This document shows positions 7,893 to 16,367 of a stretch of 64,000 nt of DNA, one piece after another (within the stretch, counting starts at the first letter, position 1; each line of letters starts with the position of its first letter). The stretch comes from Klebsiella phage vB_KaeM_KaOmega: sequence record MN013077.1; one strand, written 5' to 3'. Position numbers and translations under genes: made by a program. Under the pieces are notes generated by a model. It was not told the origin of the DNA, ran no database searches, and saw only the letters and a program-made list of their open reading frames with translations.

Positions 7893-9449
7893 ATGTTCGA
7901 TAATATCATGAGTGCCGAGGAGCTTGAGCTTGCCAACGCAAATACAGAAGAGGCAGAGAAACTCCTTGAGGCTGCAAGTCTTCAACTGATGCGCTACAAG
8001 CCCTTCTACGGGGTAATGTTGGCATCAATGCCGATCACCCGTGCCACGGAGACCATCAACACGATGGCTACCAACGGGCGTGACTTGTTTTATTCCCCAG
8101 AGTTCGTTGCGGGGATGTGTGACAAGCGTAAGGCGCTGGTAAAACAGCGTATTGACCAGCAGGTCAAGGACAAGAAAAAGAACGCAGAGATGAAGTTAAT
8201 GATCGATGTGTTTTATCGTCGCAAGACTGCCCGTGAGGTGGCCTTGGTTCTGGAGCACGAATGCGATCACGTGGTTTCTGAGCACATGTACCGTGGGAAA
8301 GGATACAACTTCGCGCTGTTCAACATCGCAGCCGACCATCGTATCAACACGAACGCTGTTCTGAACCACACAACGAATAATGAAATGGGTACAGCCTGGT
8401 TCCCTCTGGGTGCCAAAACGGTGTTCGACCCAGACAAAGAGTTTGGCTTCATGAAGTGGGCATACTGTGATTTCCAGTACGCAGATATGTATGCCGAGCA
8501 GATCTATGAACTTCTCGTTAAGCAGACTCCTCCCCCTCCACCGAGCGGTGGTGGCAGCGGTGCATCGGGTAGCGGGGAAGAGGGCAAAGGTGATTCCGGT
8601 GATCAGGGGAATGGCCCGATGGGTACTGATCAACACCCAAATGCAGACGGGACCTTCAGCGAACAAGATGGGGAGGACGACCTGTCCAAAGCAATGGGTA
8701 CTGATCCGGGGGCGATGAAGCCACTCACTCAGGAACAGAAGAATTATAACGATACGGTAATGCGCCGGGCAATCGAAAACGCTGTTCAGGCAGCAGGCAA
8801 GGGAGCGCCAGCAGATGCTCGTAAGTTTGTGGAAGAAGCCGGAAAACCGAAGGTTAACTACCTGCGACTGTTACGTCGGACAATTGAGCGATTGTTCAAA
8901 GACAACGTTTCATACCGTCGTTTAAACCGCCGTAGTTACTCCCTGACGCGATCTTTGCGTCAAGCAGGGTATCTTACTTCCCGGCAGACGATCGGCCTTC
9001 CTTCGTACACTAAGGCCAAGACAATCCGTGCCCACGTGTTCTTCGACGTGTCTGGATCGTTCACCGATGATCTTTTGGGGCCAACTAAACGTGAGATCAA
9101 GGGATTGTGCAATCAATATGAGGACTTTGAGGTCACAATGGCGGCTTGGTCCACAAAGGTTGGTAACATTTGCACGTACACGAAGAAGAACCTGAAGGAG
9201 ATTGATAACTATAAGATCCAAACGACTTACGGGACGGACGTGAAGTGCGTGTTCGAATGTCTTGATGAGCTTGACAAAGAGCCGGACCAGATTGTAATCT
9301 ATACAGATGGTTACTTCTCTGATGTATCTCAGACCAAAAACTGGGCGGAGAAGTATGGCAAGAAGACTCTGTGGATCATTTTGGGCCGTCATGGGCCTGA
9401 ATGGACTCCACCGTTTGGAACTGCAATTGACTTTGACAAATACCTGTAA
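7893..9449 (+). CDS. VWA-domain protein with N-terminal putative metallopeptidase (HExxH) module (DUF2201-type partner of AAA+ ATPase)
   Basis: 518 aa. HECDH (HExxH) in LVLEHECDHVVSEH. Pro/Gly/Ser-rich linker. C-terminal VWA with MIDAS-like DVSGSFTDD. Gene pair with upstream MoxR ATPase. Confidence 0.7.
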   Translation: MFDNIMSAEELELANANTEEAEKLLEAASLQLMRYKPFYGVMLASMPITRATETINTMATNGRDLFYSPEFVAGMCDKRKALVKQRIDQQVKDKKKNAEMKLMIDVFYRRKTAREVALVLEHECDHVVSEHMYRGKGYNFALFNIAADHRINTNAVLNHTTNNEMGTAWFPLGAKTVFDPDKEFGFMKWAYCDFQYADMYAEQIYELLVKQTPPPPPSGGGSGASGSGEEGKGDSGDQGNGPMGTDQHPNADGTFSEQDGEDDLSKAMGTDPGAMKPLTQEQKNYNDTVMRRAIENAVQAAGKGAPADARKFVEEAGKPKVNYLRLLRRTIERLFKDNVSYRRLNRRSYSLTRSLRQAGYLTSRQTIGLPSYTKAKTIRAHVFFDVSGSFTDDLLGPTKREIKGLCNQYEDFEVTMAAWSTKVGNICTYTKKNLKEIDNYKIQTTYGTDVKCVFECLDELDKEPDQIVIYTDGYFSDVSQTKNWAEKYGKKTLWIILGRHGPEWTPPFGTAIDFDKYL

Positions 9450-9457
9450 GGAGAATT

Positions 9458-9835
9458 ATGTCACAGTACGGTTATCAATTGGAGTGTGGTCGCCGGGGGG
9501 CGACCCTCTCTGTCTTCCGCTTGGATGCATCCGGCGGCGTGGAGTACACCTGGAGAGCGATTTTCAACAGCCGGGGTATGGAAGTGGTAAGGTCTACAGG
9601 GGAGGGTATTGAAACTCAACTGGCGCACTTTGAGACATTCCTGTACCCAGACTGTGTTGAAGAGGATGAACTGGCATTCGTGGATCTTCTTTCGATGTCT
9701 CCTGTGGAGGAGGACCATGATTTTATCCGGTTGTGTTCCTTCTTGGTTGCCAAGTGGGCAGCGGGCCACAATGAAGAAATGTTGCACGATGTAATTCGTC
9801 CCACACTCAAAAAGTGGTCGGAAGTGACAACATGA
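9458..9835 (+). CDS. hypothetical protein (possible third gene of MoxR-VWA operon)
   Basis: 125-aa ORF with TAAGGAGAATTATG SD; immediately follows the VWA gene. Confidence 0.55.
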   Translation: MSQYGYQLECGRRGATLSVFRLDASGGVEYTWRAIFNSRGMEVVRSTGEGIETQLAHFETFLYPDCVEEDELAFVDLLSMSPVEEDHDFIRLCSFLVAKWAAGHNEEMLHDVIRPTLKKWSEVTT

Positions 9836-10075
9836 CCATGTAGCCCTACGGGACACACGAAGTAATAATAGATCTAACACCTTCGCTACGCTCACCCATC
9901 CGGGCCTACGGGGTGTTGATCTGATCTTATAATAAAACTTCCCCACTCACATTCGTTCGGGGTCAGTTTTATTAAATTTCTTCGAAATTGTCATTGACAA
10001 CAACATTCCCTTCATGTATCTTTGTGTTCAAGGGAGATGACTCCCACACAACAAATAACATGAAGGAGAGACAAT

Positions 10076-10318
10076 ATGAGAGTACGTCAGCATCGTGGTT
10101 CACTGGTGGAAAGCCTGAAGACAGTTAAGCAGATCCCTGCCACCAAAGAAGCGTTGGCAGATCACATCAACATGGTGATGGATTTCCCTGTTAAGTTTGG
10201 ACCTGGCTCCATCAGCCTGATCCATCAGGGTATGGATGATCGAATCGGTTGGGATACTTATCTCATCACGGTTTCAGGTTTGGGTGTGTTTGGTTATTGT
10301 GATGAGGAGGTCAAATGA
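10076..10318 (+). CDS. hypothetical protein
   Basis: 80-aa ORF with GAAGGAGAG SD. Confidence 0.5.
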   Translation: MRVRQHRGSLVESLKTVKQIPATKEALADHINMVMDFPVKFGPGSISLIHQGMDDRIGWDTYLITVSGLGVFGYCDEEVK

Positions 10319-10407
10319 ACGTCCTGTTCGCAGGTATTGTATTGATCCTCGTTGTGGATTTCTTCTATTCAAAATATCGAAGGAATCCATATGGAACTTG
10401 GGGATAA
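10315..10407 (+). CDS. putative 30-aa membrane peptide
   Basis: ATGA overlap with previous stop; MNVLFAGIVLILVVDFFYSKY is hydrophobic. Very short, so low confidence. Confidence 0.25.
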   Translation: MNVLFAGIVLILVVDFFYSKYRRNPYGTWG

Positions 10408-10513
10408 GATCTCAATAGGTCTTGTGCTCCTTGGTGGATCTATGCTACTGTTTGGACTGATCGGAAAGATCATTATGTTCTTCATAACACTCTGTGGAGG
10501 TTTCAGTGGGTAA
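10391..10513 (+). CDS. putative 40-aa membrane peptide
   Basis: AAGGA SD; MELGDKISIGLVLLGGSMLLFGLIGKIIMFFITLCGG forms a single TM. Confidence 0.3.
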   Translation: MELGDKISIGLVLLGGSMLLFGLIGKIIMFFITLCGGFSG

Positions 10514-10627
10514 TATTAAATGGTGGGCACTAATGCCTGCGGCAAATGAGGACGAAGGTGGCGACGGGAAACGTGCGGCTGCACAGCAGTATTTTTGGTG
10601 GCCTTCTAACGTACAACCGGGGGCGTA

Positions 10628-10978
10628 ATGGAAAACATCGTATTTTATTCCCTTTGGGCACTGGCTTCAGTTGTCGGGGTATGGCGTATGATCAACCTGA
10701 TGTCCATGTCCGGTCGCGTGGGTAACGACGATCGTGTGATGGTCCTCTTCATCCTCACGCCAGCCAGTCTCCTGATGACTCCGGTCATACTGGTTGTGGA
10801 ACTTCTGTTCTGGGTAGGGAAGAAGATTGACAACTTCCGGGAATCTCCCCGCTACGTGACTTGGAAGATCCAACGTCAGATTCGTAAACGTCGCCGGGGG
10901 CCTCTGGTTCGTGTTGTTGAGCATCTGTACAATAAGCGTAAGGAGAAGGCACGTGAAAAAGGCGTATCTGAAGTATAA
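10628..10978 (+). CDS. membrane protein with basic C-terminal tail
   Basis: 116 aa with two TM segments then RKRRRGPLVR...KRKEKAREKG. Confidence 0.5.
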   Translation: MENIVFYSLWALASVVGVWRMINLMSMSGRVGNDDRVMVLFILTPASLLMTPVILVVELLFWVGKKIDNFRESPRYVTWKIQRQIRKRRRGPLVRVVEHLYNKRKEKAREKGVSEV

Positions 10979-11111
10979 ATGGCGCTTCTGGGAGCATACT
11001 TTGGTTTTTACTGGGTGGCTCTTCGGATACGGTCATGATGTGTACTACGGTGTGAAGGATAGCCGCAACAAGGCATACTTCGCCTATACTTTCCACAAGG
11101 GGCGAGCATGA
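10953..11111 (+). CDS. hypothetical small protein
   Basis: GTG at 10953 after AAGGAGAAGG SD (track ORF 10911..11111); 52 aa. Confidence 0.35.
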   Translation: MKKAYLKYKWRFWEHTLVFTGWLFGYGHDVYYGVKDSRNKAYFAYTFHKGRA

Positions 11112-11350
11112 ACCTCGGGAAAAACCAAATCGGGGTATTGAAGTGTCTCGGAGATGGGCGTTACGGGTATATCGCTTTTCCTTGGGGCTGCGGGTGGGTG
11201 TGGAACACCCGACAAGGGACGATCAAGATCCTTGAAACTCTGGTCAAAAAGGGCCTGGTTGATAAGGGTACATATACAACCGAAGAGGGTAAGTCTTACC
11301 CTCAATATACCATCTCTCACGCCGGGGAAGTGTACCTCCTCGGAAGATAA
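11108..11350 (+). CDS. hypothetical protein, winged-helix-like
   Basis: 80 aa. GTIKILETLVKKGLV resembles a recognition helix/wing. Likely paralog of the next gene. Confidence 0.45.
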   Translation: MNLGKNQIGVLKCLGDGRYGYIAFPWGCGWVWNTRQGTIKILETLVKKGLVDKGTYTTEEGKSYPQYTISHAGEVYLLGR

Positions 11351-11381
11351 CAGCACAATCCTATTGATAAAGGAACAGATA

Positions 11382-11579
11382 ATGGCTAAACTAACTAAAC
11401 CCCAGCAAAAATTCCTGCTGGCTGCGCTCGGCGGTGACCACAATCGTGACCTGAAGGGAAAGGTCCAAGATAACTTGGCTTCCCAAGGACTGATCCGTTA
11501 TCTTCCGCCGTTTGGCTGGGTTCTCACCGCAGAGGGCGGGGAAATTGCCCGTGAACTGGAGGCCCGTCGTGCAGATTAA
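11382..11579 (+). CDS. hypothetical protein, winged-helix-like (paralog of 11108..11350)
   Basis: ATG at 11382 after AAGGAACAGAT. 65 aa; QQKFLLAALGGD...LASQGLIRYL...GWVLTAEGGEIA parallels the previous protein. Confidence 0.45.
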   Translation: MAKLTKPQQKFLLAALGGDHNRDLKGKVQDNLASQGLIRYLPPFGWVLTAEGGEIARELEARRAD

Positions 11580-12108
11580 GCGTTCCACAATCGAGAAGAT
11601 CCGTATCGAAGACATTCAGGATTCACATCGCCTTGACCCAGTTGAGGTTATTGTGGAGAATTTTGAACCGGGTGCTGGCAAGATTACTATCTCTTGCTAC
11701 GGTCAGGTCTGGACAGGCTTTTGGGGAAGCATGGGCGGCACAGTGGAGGAGTTCTTCCAACGTGTCTCCAATGACTATCTGATCGATAAGATGTCTGACT
11801 ACCGGGCAACAGAGCCGGACCCGGATAAAGACCCAGAGTATCTGAAGTCTTTGATCCTGAAACACCGACGTTCCCGAGACATCACCAAAGACCAGGCGAA
11901 GCAGGCGTGGTACTACGTTGATAGCTACGGGCCGGATCGTAACTCTCTTTGTTACGGCTACGTTCCGGAGGAGTTGCAGGTTATCGAGGGTATGTGTGAA
12001 CCTTGGTACTTTGACTGGCCTCAAATCCCAAGCACTAACTACGCATACCTGGGGCGTATTCTTGATCTCGTTCGTGAAGTTATAAAACCCGGAGGAAACA
12101 ATGAATAA
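11569..12108 (+). CDS. hypothetical protein
   Basis: Track ORF 11512..12108. GTG at 11569 preceded by GGAGG avoids a long overlap with the previous gene. About 179 aa. Confidence 0.5.
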   Translation: MQIKRSTIEKIRIEDIQDSHRLDPVEVIVENFEPGAGKITISCYGQVWTGFWGSMGGTVEEFFQRVSNDYLIDKMSDYRATEPDPDKDPEYLKSLILKHRRSRDITKDQAKQAWYYVDSYGPDRNSLCYGYVPEELQVIEGMCEPWYFDWPQIPSTNYAYLGRILDLVREVIKPGGNNE

Positions 12109-12310
12109 GGTACGCTGTACGTATGTCGAAGAGGATATGGAATGCCACTTCACCGTCGGTAAAGAATATACCTGTAAGGTTGACGAGTCGGCAGCAGATC
12201 CTGACTCAATGATTGTCATTGGCGAGGATAAGGAGACGTGGTACGCCGAACGCTTAGATGACAATAACGTATCTCTGTTGGGCATTTTCGTAAAATTTGA
12301 GTTTATTTAA
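12101..12310 (+). CDS. hypothetical protein
   Basis: 69-aa ORF followed directly by an intrinsic terminator. Confidence 0.45.
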   Translation: MNKVRCTYVEEDMECHFTVGKEYTCKVDESAADPDSMIVIGEDKETWYAERLDDNNVSLLGIFVKFEFI

Positions 12311-12313
12311 TGA

Positions 12314-12345
12314 AAAGGGGTTGACTTCGGTCAGCCCCTTTTGTT
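12314..12345 (+). terminator. rho-independent terminator
   Basis: AAAAGGGGTTGAC-TTCG-GTCAGCCCC stem-loop followed by TTTTGTTATT. Confidence 0.65.
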
Positions 12346-12388
12346 ATTCTTACTTCATCGAAACGAAACAGACAAAAGGAACGACAAA

Positions 12389-12613
12389 ATGAGCATGAAG
12401 AAAAAAGCAAATGACCTGGCGCGTATCGCCAAACAGAAAGGCCACATCGAGGCAGTACGTCGCCTGCAACTGGCTCTTGAACTGGAAATGCGTGACGCTG
12501 GCATCAAAGGTGTTGACGCTGAACTGGCAAAGCTGAACGCGACAATCGGGTTCTACGAGGACTCAATCGGTGGTCAGTACGACAATGCCCTATTCGAACT
12601 GGAGGATATGTAA
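12389..12613 (+). CDS. hypothetical coiled-coil protein
   Basis: ATG at 12389 after AAAGGAACGAC (track ORF begins with TTG at 12341); 74 aa. Confidence 0.45.
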   Translation: MSMKKKANDLARIAKQKGHIEAVRRLQLALELEMRDAGIKGVDAELAKLNATIGFYEDSIGGQYDNALFELEDM

Positions 12614-12801
12614 TGGCTAAGATTGTCCTGTCAGAAGGTGCAAGCTGGGTAGTTGAGCGCCTGCCCAATTCTGTGTACGATAAGGTTAAAAAAGAGATCG
12701 AGGACTTTCTCGAACTGAAGATGTTACAGGTTGGATATGACCAAGGCATTCGTATGTCATTCAACGAAGAAAAACCTGCACGTTTGGAGCGTAAACCATG
12801 A
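12613..12801 (+). CDS. hypothetical protein
   Basis: 62 aa; ATGG/TAATGG junction with previous gene. Confidence 0.4.
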   Translation: MAKIVLSEGASWVVERLPNSVYDKVKKEIEDFLELKMLQVGYDQGIRMSFNEEKPARLERKP

Positions 12802-13160
12802 ACATTAAGACAATCGTCCCGCAGTACATGGTTCGTCAAGGTCTGGGTGACTGTGAGTGCCACATTAACGACTCCTGTGACTGTATGCCGGAGTTGATTC
12901 TGACCAAGAACGGCCTGTCCGGGTTTGGTGTTGGGTACTGGACCTACACCGATGAAACCTGCCCGAAGTCGATTGACTCGTGGGGCAAGGCGTACTGGTG
13001 CGAGTTCCTCGGACTGCCGGGCTTCTGGGCAATGGGTGAAGATGACGCAGCAGAAACTTTGCTCAAACAGCTTGACCTGATGGGTCAGTGTGCTACAATC
13101 AATTTCAGAAACACGAAGGCGGCATCCGCCGCTATCAATGAACTGGAGAAAAATAAATGA
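12798..13160 (+). CDS. hypothetical Cys-rich protein
   Basis: 120 aa; ATGA overlap; 8 Cys including CECHINDSCDC. Confidence 0.5.
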   Translation: MNIKTIVPQYMVRQGLGDCECHINDSCDCMPELILTKNGLSGFGVGYWTYTDETCPKSIDSWGKAYWCEFLGLPGFWAMGEDDAAETLLKQLDLMGQCATINFRNTKAASAAINELEKNK

Positions 13161-13501
13161 ACCACATCTTCGATAACATCAAGAACTTAGAGGCCCTGGC
13201 AGATCTTTGCCAGAAAGATATTCGCCAATACCAAGCTATGCGTACTGGCGGTGCCGAGCGATGGGAGATGGATGCATTCATTCCCCAAATGGATGACAAC
13301 AACTACGCATTCACCGAAGCCGTGCGTAAGCTGAACCTGGACAACCAAGACGAGATGATTAAATTCATCAAGGCCATCAAGGCGCTCGGCGCGGTTGAGA
13401 CACTGGAGCGTATGCAGGAGAGCGAGGAGTTTTCCACATTCGTAAACATCCGCCTTGAAGGCTGGGTAAACCGTATCACTTCGGAGGTTACTGATGACTA
13501 A
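13157..13501 (+). CDS. hypothetical acidic protein
   Basis: 114 aa; ATGA overlap. Confidence 0.5.
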   Translation: MNHIFDNIKNLEALADLCQKDIRQYQAMRTGGAERWEMDAFIPQMDDNNYAFTEAVRKLNLDNQDEMIKFIKAIKALGAVETLERMQESEEFSTFVNIRLEGWVNRITSEVTDD

Positions 13502-13721
13502 GTTGATCCCGCAGAAAGAAGCTGCTAAACTTATCAACCGGGCCTATGAGTTGACCAAGGCACACCCTCAGTTACGTGTGGGCCAGAACCTCTGGAACTA
13601 CGTCAACGAGGACTACCCGGACGTGGCAGCACTGTTTCATGGTGGGGAGCATGATTTCTTCTACCAACCGAATGCGGCAGTATCCGTGGAAACATTCCTT
13701 ATCTATTATGTGGAGAAATAA
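13494..13721 (+). CDS. hypothetical protein
   Basis: 75 aa; overlapping start with previous gene. Confidence 0.45.
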   Translation: MTKLIPQKEAAKLINRAYELTKAHPQLRVGQNLWNYVNEDYPDVAALFHGGEHDFFYQPNAAVSVETFLIYYVEK

Positions 13722-13722
13722 T

Positions 13723-13995
13723 ATGAAAGACCTGAAAATCACACGCACCATCAGCACCGGGGTTATGTTCTTCGTCCCTCATGATGAAGACCGTTATGAC
13801 GAAATTGAAACCACGATCCTGAATGAGTTCATCGACCTCGATTGTGGATCTGTCGCGCTCCATGCTGACGATGCCGAGTTCTGCCAGTATTACCTGACTG
13901 CCGACATCGAGGATGAAGAAGAGTTCCACAAAGTGTGCCAGTGGCTTCTGAAGCGCATGGAAGAACTGGGGACCACACTGGATTTCGTATCATGA
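13723..13995 (+). CDS. hypothetical protein
   Basis: ATG at 13723 (MKDLKITRT...) immediately after previous stop; track ORF 13576 is an over-extended frame. Confidence 0.45.
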   Translation: MKDLKITRTISTGVMFFVPHDEDRYDEIETTILNEFIDLDCGSVALHADDAEFCQYYLTADIEDEEEFHKVCQWLLKRMEELGTTLDFVS

Positions 13996-14219
13996 CAAAG
14001 TACGTTTTCTTGTCCAACATCATGTACAACAGCATGGCTATCCGCCGGGTTCGTTGGTGGCATAAGCTGTTCGGTCATGCAGGGGAAGTTGTCCTTGATT
14101 ACGTATATGTAAATCAGGTTGACAATGAGGACGGGTTCCGCAAGGCGGTTATCTACTTCCGTAATCGGGGCCTGGAGGCCCAGGTTATGGGTATGAAAAT
14201 GCACAAGGGTATCGTATGA
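13992..14219 (+). CDS. hypothetical protein
   Basis: ATG 13992 (MTKYVFLSN...); ATGA overlap. Confidence 0.45.
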   Translation: MTKYVFLSNIMYNSMAIRRVRWWHKLFGHAGEVVLDYVYVNQVDNEDGFRKAVIYFRNRGLEAQVMGMKMHKGIV

Positions 14220-14488
14220 TCTGCTACGACAAATATGGTAAGATGACACCCGAGTTTCAGGCTTACCAACAAGAGGCTTGGGACAAGCTGCGGGCCATTG
14301 CCGGACAACTGACGAAGCAAGCTATTGCCAGTGGCGTTTGTCCCAATGCGATGCGGGATACAATGACCAAGGCCATCGAGTGCGGGTGTGTTGTTGCCAG
14401 TGCGGAGGTCTTCGTTGAAGATAACAAGAAGGATGTGCCCAAGAAAGGCTCTCCTGACTGGCACATGGGGTTCGTGAACGGACTTTGA
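14216..14488 (+). CDS. hypothetical protein
   Basis: 90 aa; ATGA overlap. Confidence 0.45.
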   Translation: MICYDKYGKMTPEFQAYQQEAWDKLRAIAGQLTKQAIASGVCPNAMRDTMTKAIECGCVVASAEVFVEDNKKDVPKKGSPDWHMGFVNGL

Positions 14489-14546
14489 TAAATCATACCG
14501 GGAGAGGCTTGCGCCTCTCCTGATGCGTTACAGGAGCAAATAGAGC

Positions 14547-15407
14547 ATGTCCTCATTTGATGCGGTTTTCTTACACGGTGTTGCTGACTATTCCAAGGGC
14601 ACCAGCCCAACACCCGAGATCCCGGACTGGAAAAATTTACAGCGCCGCCTAGCCGATGTGGAAAAGACTGCCAAGACTGAATGGCAGAACAACGATGCAA
14701 TAGCGTCAGACATTAGCGACATTGCCAGTGACTTTGATTTCGACTCTTCCCTTGAGGATTTCGTAATCAGGGCAAATGATAAGATAGACCATCTGCACCA
14801 AGGTATCCGCGATGCCAGCTATGATCTCAATACCAACTGGGACCCAGATGGGATGACACGTGATCAGATGGTGACTTTTGTCGAGAACCTTAAAGATCAC
14901 CTCCAAGAATACCTTCCAAACTCCCAGAAAATGAGGGAGGTTGCTATCGGTTGGTACGGCTACGAGGTGGCCCGATTTGTTCAGGAGTATCATCCACTGG
15001 GCCAAGCATGGCTCTGCTACACACATGACGACACATATATGGGTGATTTGCACGACTCCAAGCTGGGTGACCTTGCTATCAAGGCTTGTGCCAATGGAAT
15101 CCTGAGATTCACAACCCAATGGGTTCCTGGTTACCTGCACTTTACCAGTGACAATAGGATTGTCATGGGTGACAGGGAAGGTCAGGGCGGTCTCGTGATG
15201 AAGGTGGATGAGTTCAGGACATACTTCGAAGACTGGAGGCGACCAACAGAAGAGGAGATTGGCCTGTTTGATGTTCTCCACCCGGGGGCAAACTGGTCGG
15301 TATTCCGATACCTGCGTGACTACGAAGGGAAGAACTATATATCGAACAAAAAGATCATTACCACCATCCCAACAAACAGTTTGATTTCTGTGAGCACAGC
15401 CCTGTGA
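14547..15407 (+). CDS. hypothetical protein
   Basis: 286-aa ORF; last gene before the 15.4-16.3 kb noncoding repeat region. Confidence 0.55.
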   Translation: MSSFDAVFLHGVADYSKGTSPTPEIPDWKNLQRRLADVEKTAKTEWQNNDAIASDISDIASDFDFDSSLEDFVIRANDKIDHLHQGIRDASYDLNTNWDPDGMTRDQMVTFVENLKDHLQEYLPNSQKMREVAIGWYGYEVARFVQEYHPLGQAWLCYTHDDTYMGDLHDSKLGDLAIKACANGILRFTTQWVPGYLHFTSDNRIVMGDREGQGGLVMKVDEFRTYFEDWRRPTEEEIGLFDVLHPGANWSVFRYLRDYEGKNYISNKKIITTIPTNSLISVSTAL

Positions 15408-15712
15408 TATTTGTGAGCCAAGGACGGCTCAGATTTCAGATCGGTTTTCGATTTGATATTTGTACCTGATATTTGTGTAGATATTTGAAATCAGATTTCA
15501 ACTCGAAATTCAATTTGAGATTTTATTTGGTATGGCCCGGCGGGCCGGAACCCAGATCTGATTTCTTTTTCAGATTTACTGACCAATGTACCAAACTGAC
15601 TGACCTTTGGTCAATACCTATTGCATCATAAATGTTACATTAAGGGGCTTATGACTCGTTAATGACACATAAACGTTACATAGTGAGAGTTATCCTCTGT
15701 CAGAAAATTTGA

Positions 15713-15758
15713 GGGTCTCGATCGACTTTTCATTTTGCCGATCGTATTTTCTGTACAG
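15713..15758 (+). repeat. bipartite repeat element GGGTCTCGATCG-N16-GATCGTATTTTC (copy 2)
   Basis: Exact 12-mer at 15713; ATCGTATT starts 28 nt downstream (15741). Confidence 0.6.
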
Positions 15759-15770
15759 CCCGGCTGTCCG

Positions 15771-15782
15771 GGGTCTCGATAG
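15771..15782 (+). repeat. degenerate half-copy GGGTCTCGATAG
   Basis: 11/12 match to the 12-mer; no downstream ATCGTATT partner. Confidence 0.4.
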
Positions 15783-15790
15783 AAAAATCG

Positions 15791-15836
15791 GGGTCTCGAT
15801 CGGTTTTTCGATTTCCAGATCGTATTCTCGATACAG
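15791..15836 (+). repeat. bipartite repeat element (copy 3)
   Basis: GGGTCTCGATCG at 15791; ATCGTATT at 15819 (offset 28). Confidence 0.6.
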
Positions 15837-15853
15837 GTACAGGTCTCACGCCG

Positions 15854-15905
15854 GGGTCTCGATCGAAAGTTCAAAACCCAAAACGTATTCTCAAAATCTA
15901 TACAG
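15854..15905 (+). repeat. bipartite repeat element (copy 4, second half AACGTATTCTC)
   Basis: GGGTCTCGATCG at 15854; AACGTATT at 15882 (offset 28). Confidence 0.55.
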
Positions 15906-15957
15906 AGGTGAAAATCGAAATGCAAATCGTTATCATTATCACGTCGCCCGGGTCGGA

Positions 15958-15974
15958 ATGAGAATCGTTCTCAT
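15958..15974. promoter_or_regulatory. operator-like palindrome ATGAGAA-TCG-TTCTCAT
   Basis: 7-bp perfect inverted arms with 3-nt centre. A sister site lies 58 bp downstream. Confidence 0.5.
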
Positions 15975-16015
15975 TTGCAAATGTAACTGATAATCATTCG
16001 CATTTAGGTTGTTGA

Positions 16016-16032
16016 ATGAGAATCATTCTCAT
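16016..16032. promoter_or_regulatory. operator-like perfect palindrome ATGAGAAT-C-ATTCTCAT
   Basis: 8+1+8 perfect palindrome. The half-site ATTCTCAT recurs 4 times at 29158-29241. Confidence 0.55.
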
Positions 16033-16308
16033 CTCCAGAATAGCGGGCAGGTCCGGTGATTGTCTCCGGGTCAATTCTCCCCGCTATGTGTATAATATAA
16101 CCCAGGCCCGGCCCGGTGGCAAGCGTCTTTACAGTTCTTTACAAAACTATTTTAGGCGAACTACCGGCGATCCACCTTCCGACCTGGCCCCGGTGCCCGG
16201 TACGTTAGCCCCGCCTTTTCGCCGTGGGGTGGCGTCTCCTCTCCTGTATGTGTACATTATGCACCAGGCCAGCCGGGCCGTCAATACCAAAATCAAAATA
16301 AATTTTTC

Positions 16309-16337
16309 TTGACCCACCAGGCCAGCCGGGCCACAAT
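16309..16337 (+). promoter_or_regulatory. sigma70-like promoter TTGACC-N17-CACAAT with GC-rich spacer (GGCCAGCCGGGCC)
   Basis: Precedes SD AAAAGGAGA and ATG 16368; the spacer motif CACCAGGCCAGCCGGGCC also occurs at 16262. Confidence 0.45.
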
Positions 16338-16367
16338 GCAGGCACACCAACAAAAGGAGATCGACCC

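Noticed and set aside
14499-14520. Terminator after 14216..14488 (GGAGAGGC-ttgc-GCCTCTCC)
   Set aside because: Good hairpin but no U-tract (followed by TGATGCG). It may be an RNA-stability or processing hairpin rather than an intrinsic terminator.
15408-16367. tRNA genes in the long noncoding stretches (also checked 9836-10075, 26560-27056, 28416-29930)
   Set aside because: No GTTCGAATC/GTTCRANYC T-loop, no acceptor-stem/CCA-compatible pairings recognised by eye. A tRNAscan-SE/ARAGORN run is needed to be definitive.
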